Positions 39,613-51,450 of a DNA stretch of 64,000 nucleotides are shown one piece after another. Positions within the stretch are counted from its first letter, which is position 1. Every line of letters starts with the position of its first letter. The DNA is from Vermamoeba vermiformis (Eukaryota): NCBI GenBank assembly GCA_045837725.1, contig JBEWZL010000272.1, positions 310,001-374,000 on the forward strand, read 5' to 3'. Position numbers and translations under genes: made by a program. Below the pieces are notes generated by a model. It saw only the letters and a program-made list of their open reading frames with translations, ran no database searches and was not told the DNA's origin.

Positions 39613-40886
39613 CTAACAGCAACCTCCTTTCTCAGCCTTAGCAGCACCTTCGCCTTGAACGTCAGGTTGAATGACATTAGAGCGAGGAGCGCTGGCAGTC
39701 TTAGGCAACTTCTTAGCTACACGTGCACGACGTTAGTTAAACGCCTAATAAGTAAATTATCGTAGTCTGTGCACTTACCAATAGCAACGAACAACTCATT
39801 TACATTGGCACTGGTCTTGGCAGAAGTTTCATAAAATAACAGGCCGTTCTCGTCAGCGTAAGCTTGAGCCTCAGCAACGTCAACTTGTCGCTTGTTAGCC
39901 AAATCTAGCTTGTTGCCAGATAAGGCAATAACGATGTTAGGGCTGCCTTGACGTTGCAATTCCTTAACCCAAGTCTTGGCACGTTCGAAACTGTCTTTGG
40001 AGGTCAGATCGTACACAACGATTGCTGCTTGAGCACCGCGGTAGTACATAGGAGCCAAGCTGTGGTATCTGTAGAATAAAGTACATTAGTATTACAATCG
40101 CATGATTCGTTTGAAAGCGATCAGCGAATTCTTGTATTTCAATTTTCGATCGATTATTTACAGTCAACTCTGAAATTTAATTCGCTCAGAGAAATTAATA
40201 TTTTAGGTTCAACGCGTTTAAATAGAATATACGTTCATTTGGAAATTGTCTTAATAATGCAGTAATTGAATTTGAATTTGCGTTTTTGCGATCCCAAATT
40301 TACTTGAAAGAAATTTTCTAATATTCAAATGATAGCGTATAACGGTCGGCGGTGGTCAATAATTAATGATCTAAATACCTCTCTTGGCCAGCAGTATCCC
40401 AAATCTGTTAAAGAAAATGATCAGCCCGCTGTTTCATTATTCCATCTTATTTAAACTACTTACTTCGAATTTAACGGTTGTGTCGTTAAGGCATACTGTT
40501 TGAGTTAAGAATGCAGCTAAATAAATAATTTAGTATTCGTTTATTTCGGAGCAGATTGGTGGTCTGTCTTAAAAATTACGACCAGCAAATTAAATTAGCC
40601 TTATAATTATTTTGTACGTAAAGTTTAACGATAATATTATGAGTCATAATTATTAGTTGCTGGCACATACAAACGGAAAAATAACAAAAAAAATTGCAAT
40701 AAGACTGTTTCTATGCGTAATAGCGATTGTAGCATCCAAAAATATTTTCATTATTTAATTACCTCCAATAGTGCTTTCTTGATATTCCAAAAACTGGCCC
40801 TTTACGAATCGAAGGACCAAACTGGATTTACCAACAGAAGATTCTCCCAAGAGAACTAATTTGAATTGGAATATTTTGCTATTCAT
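39613..40886 (-). CDS. RAB5: Rab5 GTPase
   Basis: [66 protein letters not shown]-terminal GGCC. Confidence 0.95.
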
Positions 40887-41234
40887 ATTTGTTGATTGTA
40901 TGCGTCAGAAGTTAAAAAATTAGTTGGCAAAGCAGAAGTGGGAGCATTAAAACATTTTGCGCAGGATTTCAGCGCAAAACCGAACAATTTTGTTCGCGAA
41001 GTGCCGCAAATTCGCAATTTTAAAGTAATAGCAAACAAATACAGAGTTAGAGGGATTAGTGAGTAAGTAATTATCGATACCGCGCGTTGTTTTCACGATG
41101 GTGATCCTCATACATACATCTGACCGTTACCAATTAATTTTAATATAATATTTTATTATCGATGTATTACAGTAATTATACTAATTATTATTACTGTAGA
41201 GAAGCGTATTTATTGCTTCAAGACCACGAGAAAA

Positions 41235-42290
41235 ATGTCCAGAGAGATCCCTAGTGGTATTTACCAAATTAAAACAGTATTTTTGGGGGCTGCTGGCGTG
41301 GGAAAATCATCCATTGCTCTGCGCTTCGTGCGGGAGGATTTTTTCCCCGCGGTGGAAGGCACCATTGGTGCTGCCTTCATGACAAAGAGCGTGCCATACA
41401 ATCCAAACACAACGCTGAAATTTGAGGTAAATAGAACGAATATTATCAAAAAATAATTGTTATGTGTAGCGTTTTAATTCAATTAATTAATTAATTTTTA
41501 TTTTGATTAGATCTGGGACACAGCGGGCCAAGAAAATAAGTATCAATTCCAATTAATTAGCTGCCGTATCATTTAATATATTTGAACGACCGTTACTAAT
41601 TTTTCTTTTCTATTTACGGTATAACAGCTTGGCACCAATGTACTACCGCGGAGCTCACGTTGGCATCGTCGTATATGACATTACATCGAAGGTAAATTAA
41701 TAATATGTATCATGATATTAATATTTACAATATAATACGTATTTTGAACGAAACTCCGCACGTACATTTTATTTTTCAATTGAGATTTTATTTGTGCCAC
41801 TAGCCATTCGTTACGTTTGACTTACATTTGCTATTTATAGCCTACATTTGAAAGAGCGAAGAAGTGGCTCGAAGAGGTGATGGAGGAAGAAGGACGTAAT
41901 GGCATGGTGATTGTACTCGTTGGTAACAAAGTAGATTTGGCAGCACAACGAGAAATTCCGACGGAAGACGGCAAGAAATTTGCAGATTCAAAGGGCGTGT
42001 ATTTTAACGAAGTTAGTGCTAAGGCTAATATTCAAGTCACGGAGTTATTTGCTGAAATTGGTACGTTCAAAAATTTCCGATCGTTTGACACATCTACCAA
42101 CCACACATTTGATATTCGTTTGCTAATTAGCTAATTCGAGGAAATAGCTCTAATTATATACTATTTTACAGCAAAGCGAATACCATTTGATAAAATGGCT
42201 GGCGCGCCAATTCCTAATTTGGTAAAGCCACGTGAGCCAGAAAGAAATGACCACGCTAGTAGCCGCAAGTGCAACTGTGTAATTATGTAA
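41235..42290 (+). CDS. Divergent Rab5-family GTPase paralogue
   Basis: [15 protein letters not shown]...[14 protein letters not shown][R][24 protein letters not shown]-terminal CNCVIM. Confidence 0.9.
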
Positions 42291-42562
42291 CTATACCATA
42301 CCTGCGACATTATATATCTTATTTTACGAATACTATCAATTTGTTATTCGTGGCGAAAAATTGAACCGTGCTCTTTGATTGGATCTGCACGCGTTTTGGA
42401 AAATTACTTATGATAATTGGTTTTTGATTCAATCAATAACGTAATTTCGATGTAAATATGTACAAAGCTAGATGGACAATAAAATAACGAATTGCAATGA
42501 CGATTTCAATCGAAATTTGATCGTTTGATGGAATATTAACATTTTATAGACACTTTATACAA

Positions 42563-43360
42563 TTAAGGAAATAGCGAGGCCATAGCACTCGGATCAGACA
42601 TTCTTCCCAGCGCAAAAAATAACCCGCTCCATGCGATCCAAGCCGCGACTTTTGCCGTAGCTTTTAACGCACCAGTAGACTTTCTAGGTTTTGGAATAGG
42701 CTCAGTTGCCGCCGGCTCGCCTTCTTCTTCCACATGGCTCTCATTATTGGGCTCGTCTAAGCCTTCGTTAGTAGTTGCTTGCTCACGAGTTGGTTCGGTT
42801 GCCTCGATCTGCTCTTGCGGCTTTTGGTCGTTCTGAATGATGACTGGCGAGCAGAGTGCGTCGCTGGGCGATGATATTGTGATTATAGCAGTAGGAGTAG
42901 TCACTGTTGTCGTTAGCATTTGCTTGGCGACTTCTTTTGGTAGTTCTGGGACTAGATTTGGCTTGGGTTTTTCTTCTGGTAAGTCACCCGTTAAACGACG
43001 CTTTTTCTTAGGCGGCTCATCTTCGCTACTTTTTACAGATGATTGCGAGCTACTATTCGACTCCGAAGACACCGACTCAGACGAAAAATCAACTTCGATC
43101 GAGTGATCCCTGTCAGAGAAGTGTTAATTCTGCGCTGATTCTACTTCTTATTAAGATACTACTTACATCAAATCGCCAATGTCAACGTTTATGGGCTCTT
43201 CATTAGTGCTTCCAAGCTTTCTCTTACGGCTACCTGGGCTGGTTGAAGATTCGGATCGCTCATCGGACTTGTGGTTTGGGCTAGACTGACGCGAGCGAAG
43301 GCAATTATTGACCTCCCATTCGACATCGAATTTTTCTAGACGATCAAGGAAGGTTGCCAT
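42563..43360 (-). CDS. Hypothetical disordered protein with NLS-like motifs and a C-terminal TM helix (tail-anchored)
   Basis: Two exons joined by a GT-AG intron; RKRK and PPKKKRR; terminal VAAWIAWSGLFFALG. Confidence 0.6.
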
Positions 43361-43582
43361 GGTAGGTGTGATTGTTAAATGCGCGAAAATGAAAATTATT
43401 CTTCCAAACCAAAATTTTATTTGTTCCAGGCGTTCCTAACTTGAGAATAGCCACGTGACTTGGAAATTGGCGAATATTTCGCCTTTTTAAACTGATGTTC
43501 GTTCAATTCTTTCTGTCAGAATAGAAAAAGTGATCAAATCCTGATCTTTGAGCCCGTTGGCTTGTCTGAAAACTATTTACAT

Positions 43583-44484
43583 TTATTCTTTGTACAATGG
43601 TACTGATTTTCGCAAATATCGGTACTTATTCAAGTCGCGAGCAGTTCTGATTTCAAAAGTCCTGTTGAATTTGAAGTCGCCAATTGAAACTCGCAGAGGG
43701 TAAGTCCTATTGCACTTAGATAGGACGGCTTCGACTTCTTCTTTAATTTCTTCATTTTTTACTTTCCTCCTCTTGACTTTAGGCGCAGGTGTTTCTTCAA
43801 CAGAATCGTCATCGTTGGTGTTTCGATGTTTTCTTTTTCTCAGCGCGTCCGTCCTAACTTCCGCGCCAATTTTTTCAATTGAAATTGCGTGCACGTTCAT
43901 TGAAGAATTTAAAATAATATCTCCTAAGTGCTCCGGATCTTTCTTTTTGACGTAAAACGATTCTGACGGATCTGTTTTATAATAAAAGTTATTAATTATG
44001 CTTTACAGGCTAAATTAATTACATACCTGATGGAAATGTAACTTGCTTGGTTTCCCAATAGCTTTGAGGGGAGTAGACAAGAGAAAGAATGAGATCTCGT
44101 TCACGGGGCAAATAAAATTCTTCACTCTTCTCTGGTTTATAATAGGCAGTCACGTATACTTGCATATTTGGGGCAGTGCTAGCGTAGGAAATTAATTAGA
44201 TATTTTTTGGATTTAATTCTTAAATTTTAAATCAATTACCTGACTTGTGGTTCTTCAAGCGGACGCGGCACGGGTTCAATTGCATGCAACGATTCTTCGT
44301 TATAATTTGATAAATATTCGCTGGATGTAGGCGCATCCAAGTGCTGGTCCTCTGTATACGCCTGGTAAATGTTCATGCCCGCCACGACCCGATCTACCTC
44401 GAAAACGTTAGGCTCGGTATCCTTGAGATACGCCGAAAATAAAGCAGAATCATCGAAAAAGCTTTCGTTCTCCTCTGTGTTCAT
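43583..44484 (-). CDS. Hypothetical nuclear protein
   Basis: Three exons join in frame with canonical splice sites; acidic N-terminus and bipartite basic motifs RKRKHR and KVKRRK. Confidence 0.55.
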
Positions 44485-44553
44485 CGTTCTGGACCGCGGA
44501 ACAAAGATACTAGAAATTCTCGTTTCGGATCCTTTTTTTATTTGTCTTTCAAA

Positions 44554-47500
44554 ATGTTAAAACGAGCAGCACAATCGCCCATCGATAGTCAACGTAAAAC
44601 TAAAAAACATAAGAAGGAAATAGAAGTAATTCCTGATGATAAAGTCGAGTTTTTAGAGGTAATAATCGAATTCAATCAGTTTTCACTATTTCCAGTAATT
44701 TATTTAATTCTTTTCGAAGGACACTTCGATCAGCTATATTGCGGGCATTAAAAATAATGGGGGTAAGTGAATTAACGAATTTTTGTTGCGCATCTGCGAT
44801 CGAATCTAAAATTCTGTCAGCAATTCCGCTTCGGGATACGACGCTAATACAAAAAGCATTCGAGCAAGTCGAAAAGGTGTATGCAGAGATGCATAAACAG
44901 TCAAGTAAGTTCATGAAAGCTGCGCCTTAGGCGCATAAGGAAACGGATTTGATCTAACGCTTGCACGCAGAGAATACAGATCTGACGAACTTATTTGACC
45001 AACTAAAGAAAATTAATGAACGTATAACGAATACTGAAGTCAAAATGGCCTTGATTGGCTTGCCTGGCGCCGGAAAAACTCACGCAGCGAACCAGATCTT
45101 GTTCTCTGAGAGCTATTTGCGAAAAGTTGACGCCTCTTATGAATGGGGCAAAGTGCCATTATTATCAGCCACGTCTACTATTCATATGACACGAAAGGTA
45201 ACAGAATTAAATTTAACTTTTTTTGATTAATCAATTTCTCCATCCAGATCTATTACATGAAAAAAGGCCCAGAATGGAGCATAAAAGTCCGATGGGACAA
45301 AAAAAATATGACGGGGGCTCCTGCAGAGGTCAACTTGATGCAGAAATATACTTCTAAAGGGTTACATCCGTTCGATGTTATGACGTAAGTCTAAAAATCA
45401 AATTAATCGCAATTTATTAATAACCAATATTATTTATTAGATCTATAATAAGAAAAATGGATCCGACTTTGGATCAGACAAATTTTATCTACGAGAAGGC
45501 TGCCAAAGAACATTGGACCGAAGAAATGAGAAGAGAGGCGCTGAGGGACGTGAGACAACAAGGAGCTATTTTTAGCCTTGAAGAGTGGAATAATATTACA
45601 GGCATCGATATTGAAAGCCCTGATTTTGAATTGGCACCTGGATTCGTTTTGATGGATGTAAGTTTGTTGACGCGTGTCAAAAGTGTCATTCGTTTAATTT
45701 CATATTTTTAGACACCGGGCTGGAACTTTGAAGACAAAACCGTGTCACGTGACATGGTTCATGGCGTCGTTAGTGCTACTAAGGAGGCAATCGAGGAAGC
45801 GGATGCGTTGATCTATGTCACCACAAGATTGCCAGATATCAAGCAGATTAAGGTATACTATTGTAATATAGACCTTAATAGGGACTTAGTATCATATTCA
45901 ATAGGCACTATTCGATACGGATATTGGCGCCATTAACACTTTCCGCGAGGTTCCAGTCTTGGTCTGTCTATGGAAATCTTACGTCGGCATCACAGAGTAC
46001 GTAAATTAATATTATGGTCGTAGTATACTAACGATTGAATATAGAACCGATGCCAAGACAATAGTCGATCACTTAAGGCGATTGAAAAGTGATTGGAACA
46101 GTGTTTTGCCTCGTGCTTCAGCCGCGTCAAAAGTCAACACACAATTCGACTATTTCTACGAAAGAAAACGGATTTTTGAGCAGTTAGAGCAACGCACATT
46201 GTTGTTCGCGATGCCTGGTACAATGCTCGGCCTTCAAAGTTTCTATCAAAACGTCAAAAGTCGCGTGCTGATGAACGACGTCGTGTCATTTACACGCACT
46301 GTGACGACGTTCTATTACGGAGGCAAGCAGTGGGCCCGCAAGATGTTAAGTAAGAGCAAGAGTCGCATTCCAGCTGGCCTTAGTTCAAGCGAAGAAACGG
46401 AACACGCGTTGACCACGGCCTATCAAGAACCCATTGAAGACGCGAAACAAGCCTTCGTTCAAACCCTCGAAGATTACTTCCAGTTCCTGATTCAAGAAAA
46501 AGACGAGGAAGTTGATATCTACCTCGACAATCTTTGCAAAGATATTGGCACGTGTTTCGCCCAGTTCTTCAAGGACATTCAGACTCAGTCCCTGAAGATG
46601 GTTGACAACTTGATCAAGCGCGTTGCTACAGAGCTCAGCGAGGCCAATCAGCGCGAGGAGACTGAAGTCTTTATCACGAGTATTATGGACGGCATGGAGA
46701 CCCAGACTCGCGTGTTTCACACGATGAGATTGCGCAGCGATAGAATTTTTGACACGGCCAAGAAAGATATCATTCAAGTGTACCATTCAATGAGCCATGA
46801 AGTCAAGTAAGTCACTAAATATAACGTAATTGACTCATTAATTATAATGCTTTTTTTGGCTTAGGGGCCTGCAAGATTTCGACGAAGATGAAATTGCGCC
46901 TTACAAGAAAAAATTTGTTAATGAATCGTTCCAAAGGCTTGTTCAGCTCATGGAGCGATGCTACAAGCAAATGATTAACCGCACACACGGAATTATTGAA
47001 AAGTGCGGCAGTGTCTTGAAGGAGTTTGCCGAGCTTCGAATAGACAACACAGCGCAATTCGAGAAAAATTTGAACGGTCTTCGTGAAGCAGTTGACGCCT
47101 ATAAAGCAACACTTAAGAGCCAAACACCAACGGAGTTCAAGGAATTTAGCATTCATGATCCGATTCCACGTGTCATCAAAGGTGCGGATTTTTGGACGGT
47201 GAATGGCGACAGGAAAGACAAGCCCGCTGAGAAGTAAGTCAAACTCGTCGGTCTTATTATTATATAGCTTATTAATGATTAAATAGGCCTCCTACAATTA
47301 AAGAACTCGAGGCTAAATCTGACCTCGCGGACAACGTGATCCAAGTCTCGATGCCTGAGAACCCTGCATTCTCGTTCAATCTGAGCATGAAAGAAGAATT
47401 CAAAAAGAAGATTGAAGAGTTTAAAACGATCTCAGATGCCAAGCTGTCAATTAAGGACAAAAAAGAGGAAGATGTCGCTGATAAGCAGAGCTTAATGACT

Positions 47501-49118
47501 GACATTAGTAGCACCCCGCCAGGGGCCAAACGAAAAATTATTCCCGAACCAATAGTTTTATTAGGCGACGTAAGTATAGTACTATAGCTAATGATCGTAC
47601 TAACGTTTTCATAAAAATCTGCAGTTCAGTGAAAAAGCACCGATTGGCTTGAAAAATGTTGTCGGTGCCAAAGTGCTGGTTGTAGTCATCGTGCTAGAAA
47701 AACACTTGAAAAAAGTTCAAAAAGCACTTAAAGAAGAGGACGTGCCGCAAGAGATCAAAAATGACGTGTTGATTGTTGCTGTCCAACATCCAAAGGACCT
47801 GTCAAAAGTGACAGTTTATCCGACCTTGCTCGACGTGTCAAAAATGTTGATGGAACATTGGGGATTTTCATTGTAAGTAATCAGAGGAATTCATCTCAGA
47901 CTTGCCTAATAGAAATTAATAATCTATTTTTAGTTACTGGCGATTTTCACTGAACGTGTTTAACACGTGTCGCGAGTATTATTTGCCCGTTGACACGACG
48001 CGTAATTCTCCGCTGGTCCGTTGTTTGAAATTTCACTCAGATGTATTGTCGAGCTACTGCAGCGTTTGTATCGAGGTACGTCAAAAAACGAATTCATTTT
48101 TTTTGCAAGATCCGATCTAATTTTTATTTCCTTATTTAGAAAGTCCACGCATTATGCGACGTGCCTGCAAACAATGAAATTATCAGCGAATTGTACGTAG
48201 CTGGCACGCCCCGAAGTTTGGCTGGAAAACCTTTCACGCCAGAGGTAAGATCCACTCGTTTATTACCATAAAGGCAAGTCCGTTTTACTGACTGCCATTA
48301 CAAGATGAAAAAAGCGTTACGAGCGAAAAACTTCCAATTATTGGACAAACTGAAGAAAAAAGAATGCTCTTTCCAAGAACTGATTGCATTTGTCGAGTAA
48401 GTTATTGCCAAATATAGCAACCTTAGGCACATATACTATGATATACAAATTTATCAAATTTATTGCCCGCCGTGAAATTTTTGACTGTCAAAAAAAACAA
48501 AATTGTCGAATCCATTCGGAGCAATCGGTTTGTCTCCGGAGAAGTATACTAATATTTCCTAATTAGGAATTTGGATGATTTGGTCGACAAGCTCAGCGAG
48601 GAGCAATATCTCTTCGTAGAATCGTTGAAAGACGTGTTGAAAAAAGTCGCGACTTTTACGCTGGTCGATGAAAAGACCATGTTGAAAGAGACTCGTGCGG
48701 CATTTCCAATGTTATTCCGCAAGTGCAACTCAACATCACGTGTCACATTGAATAATACCTACGCCATGAAAGGTCTTTGGTACCGCAAGAAAAAACCGAT
48801 TAACCCGTTCGATGCCAAACCGGTAAGTAAAAATGAAACAATATTATAATATACCTAACAATAATAGTATATATATTATTACTATTAATATAATATTATG
48901 ATGGTTGATAGATAGATTATAATATTTTTTTTTGTTCAGAGCGATCCGGACAAAGATTTCTACGATGGCTTGAAGAAAAGTGAGGCTAAAATATCACGTG
49001 ATTTGAGAAAGACTGGCAGTTTATCGATCAAAGTTACTTATTTTGGTTATGTTCGTACAGGCTAATTATAGTTGTAAATTTAGTACCCGGAGTTGACCAC
49101 AGCTTAGCATCAATGTAA
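44554..49118 (+). CDS. Large dynamin-superfamily (NUGGC/SLIP-GC-like) GTPase with helical region and unknown C-terminal domain
   Basis: G1 ALIGLPGAGKT, G3 FVLMD|TPGW, EADALIYV, long helical region and N-terminal RKTKKHKK. The last exon junction is uncertain. Confidence 0.6.
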
Positions 49119-50416
49119 TTAAACGCGAAAGTTATTATTCGTCCTAAGATAGTTTGTGATATAATTTAAGGCAGTGCACACGAGATATGTTCATAAGAAA
49201 TCAAAAAGTCAGAAAATAAATCGCTTCGCCAAAAAAGGGATCCCGGGAGTACGAATGAGTTACTTTCGTTGGAACGTGTCGTTTGTGCTGAAAAGATATT
49301 ATACCGTGTTAGTGTAAATACTATATATAGGTGAATATGACCTAACTGATCTTCTCGGCGAATGTTGAATCCACATCCTGAACGTCGGCGACTACCACTT
49401 GCTTGTCTTCAACAATTATACTTAGATGACGCAGTAGAAGGACGGATGCACTGAATTGATAATCAAATCTTCTCGAAGCATTTTTGGTTTGCCGAATTAA
49501 CGCGAGCTAACGAAAATTCTTTCGTTTTAAAGTTCGAAGCAAGTGACTAACTCTGTAGACATTATAATAACTTGGATTCATAACGTTATGAAGGGATCGT
49601 ACTTTTATTCTTCTAATACAATGCTAAACTTCAGTACACAATACAAATTCTGGTACAAGACAAAAAAGTGTTACGCTGCTCACTTTGATAATATCTTGCG
49701 GACTTGATCAGTTTCGGGACCTTCGTAAATGAAGACCCATGCCATCTCGCCGTTCATGTCAGGGGGTCGCTTTTTCGCGATTGAGGAGCAGGCTGTGTGC
49801 ATTTGGTGGCGAAATTATAGGTCGACCACATGCAGGCAATTGTATCATCTGTAACAACGCTGCGTTTGTTCTATCCAGATCGAAGCTCAAATCGTTCGAA
49901 AGCACTGTTTAATGCTGCCGTTTGTGGCAGAAGAATAAACATTAGAATACACAGTGCACGGCAAGAAGCCTCGATTTGCCACAGCGACCGATGCCCTTCC
50001 ATTTTTGGAGTAAACTATTACGCTATTGGTCAGTTATTTTAAGAGCGGCCAATAGAATCAATAGGCACCTCCCTAAACAAATTTTAATGTACAATGCAAT
50101 CGAATGCACAGTTTATTTCGCTACACGAGGAGTACATTTATGCTCAGAATGGAACGGATCTGTTTTTCTTCTTCTTCGGATAATTGCGTCACGACTCTGG
50201 TACAACACTTGCCCACGAGGATTTTAGACCTTAACCACCTTCTTGTACTAATGTTGTGTTTTAAAGAATGAAATTTAACTAAATACAGCGAAACTATTGG
50301 CAGGCTTATTTTTAGAATGGACCAATCGCATTTTACCGATTTTCCCTACAAAAAAAGAAATTCTGCACGAAATTTTTCTTTCAAACTCACTTTTCACATA
50401 AGCACAACACTTCAAG

Positions 50417-50551
50417 ATGGGAAGCTCTTCAAGCAAGCAACCTCAGTTCGTTAGCACCACCCGCCAATTCTTTTCAAACGATGACGACCTTATGAAGGAG
50501 TCCCCCCAAATTGTACCTGCCACTATAGCTCCCCGTGCCTTCTCACCTTGA
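50417..50551 (+). CDS. Putative 44-aa N-myristoylated microprotein
   Basis: MGSSSSKQPQFVSTTRQFFSNDDDLMKESPQIVPATIAPRAFSP*; CAAG ATG context as in the histidine kinase gene, CCAAT near 50322 and AATAAA near 50614. Confidence 0.5.
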   Translation: MGSSSSKQPQFVSTTRQFFSNDDDLMKESPQIVPATIAPRAFSP

Positions 50552-50802
50552 GTCAGATGAACATTAGTAGATAGTAGTATAAGGCTTGACTCCAATTTTG
50601 TAATTGTACTCTCAAATAAAAGGACTTTGCACGAGTACATTCGCGAAACTACTTTGTAACGGGACTATCGAAAAAAAAAACTACTAAATGTTCAAACTCG
50701 CTGTATTTTGCATTCCGTAGCGTTCTCAAGAAGCATACCTGGGATTTCATGTCACTTCAAGATGGAGGCTAAAATGATCCGGTTTTTATAATAAACCTCG
50801 CA

Positions 50803-50889
50803 TTCTGATTGGTCAATTTTATTTAAAGAATTTCTGATTGGTCCAATTTATTTTTGGAACTTCTGATTGGCTCGTTGTATTTATGGAAC
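50803..50889. promoter_or_regulatory. Three 29-bp tandem units, each with an inverted CCAAT box (TTCTGATTGG)
   Basis: TTCTGATTGG starts at 50803, 50832 and 50861. Confidence 0.6.
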
Positions 50890-51450
50890 CCCGCGAGGGT
50901 AATCTCCGAGTAAGGAGATGATAAAACTTTGCTACCTGGTCGAATACAGCTCACTCCGCTTTGCCCTACTTGGTGCTGTCGGATGTCGTCTTATTAATTG
51001 CATTAATGTTCCGTACATATGATGCTATTATTGGACTTATGTCCTCCAAAATCCTTACTCTCAATGCATTATGAGCCATGGATAGAAATTCTGTCAATTG
51101 CAATTCGCTCTAGGTGGATCACGACCGATAAACTCGTACGCTGTTGTAACTACCGTAAGGAGGTCACTATTTGCTCAAACGGATTTTTTGACCTTGTGCA
51201 CGCCATAAACATGCCGCCCTATGGCACGTTTACGTTCCCAACTTATCGCCTCAGGCGTACGTATGTTTTGTTACAATTTCGTTTAGAACACGACATTAGC
51301 TTTAAAAATGATCTAAACGAGCAACGGTCATTTTGAACTTGTTTATCGGGAGGCAACTCTGTACCTTCTTCACTAATGAATTTTAGAATTGAACTCTAAC
51401 GCGTAAGAAACAAATAAATAAAGTTTATAAAATACTCCTCGTATTTCTTG

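Noticed and set aside
49200-50300. Short ORFs 49830-50042, 49976-50227 and minus-strand fragments
   Set aside because: No motifs or consistent splice structure; cannot be supported as genes.
50803-50889. Regularly spaced repeats as a possible CRISPR array
   Set aside because: Only three tandem 29-bp units with related interiors, no unique spacers, no cas genes and a eukaryotic context.
51019-51336. 105-aa plus-strand ORF downstream of the CCAAT array
   Set aside because: No recognisable motif or protein-like pattern.
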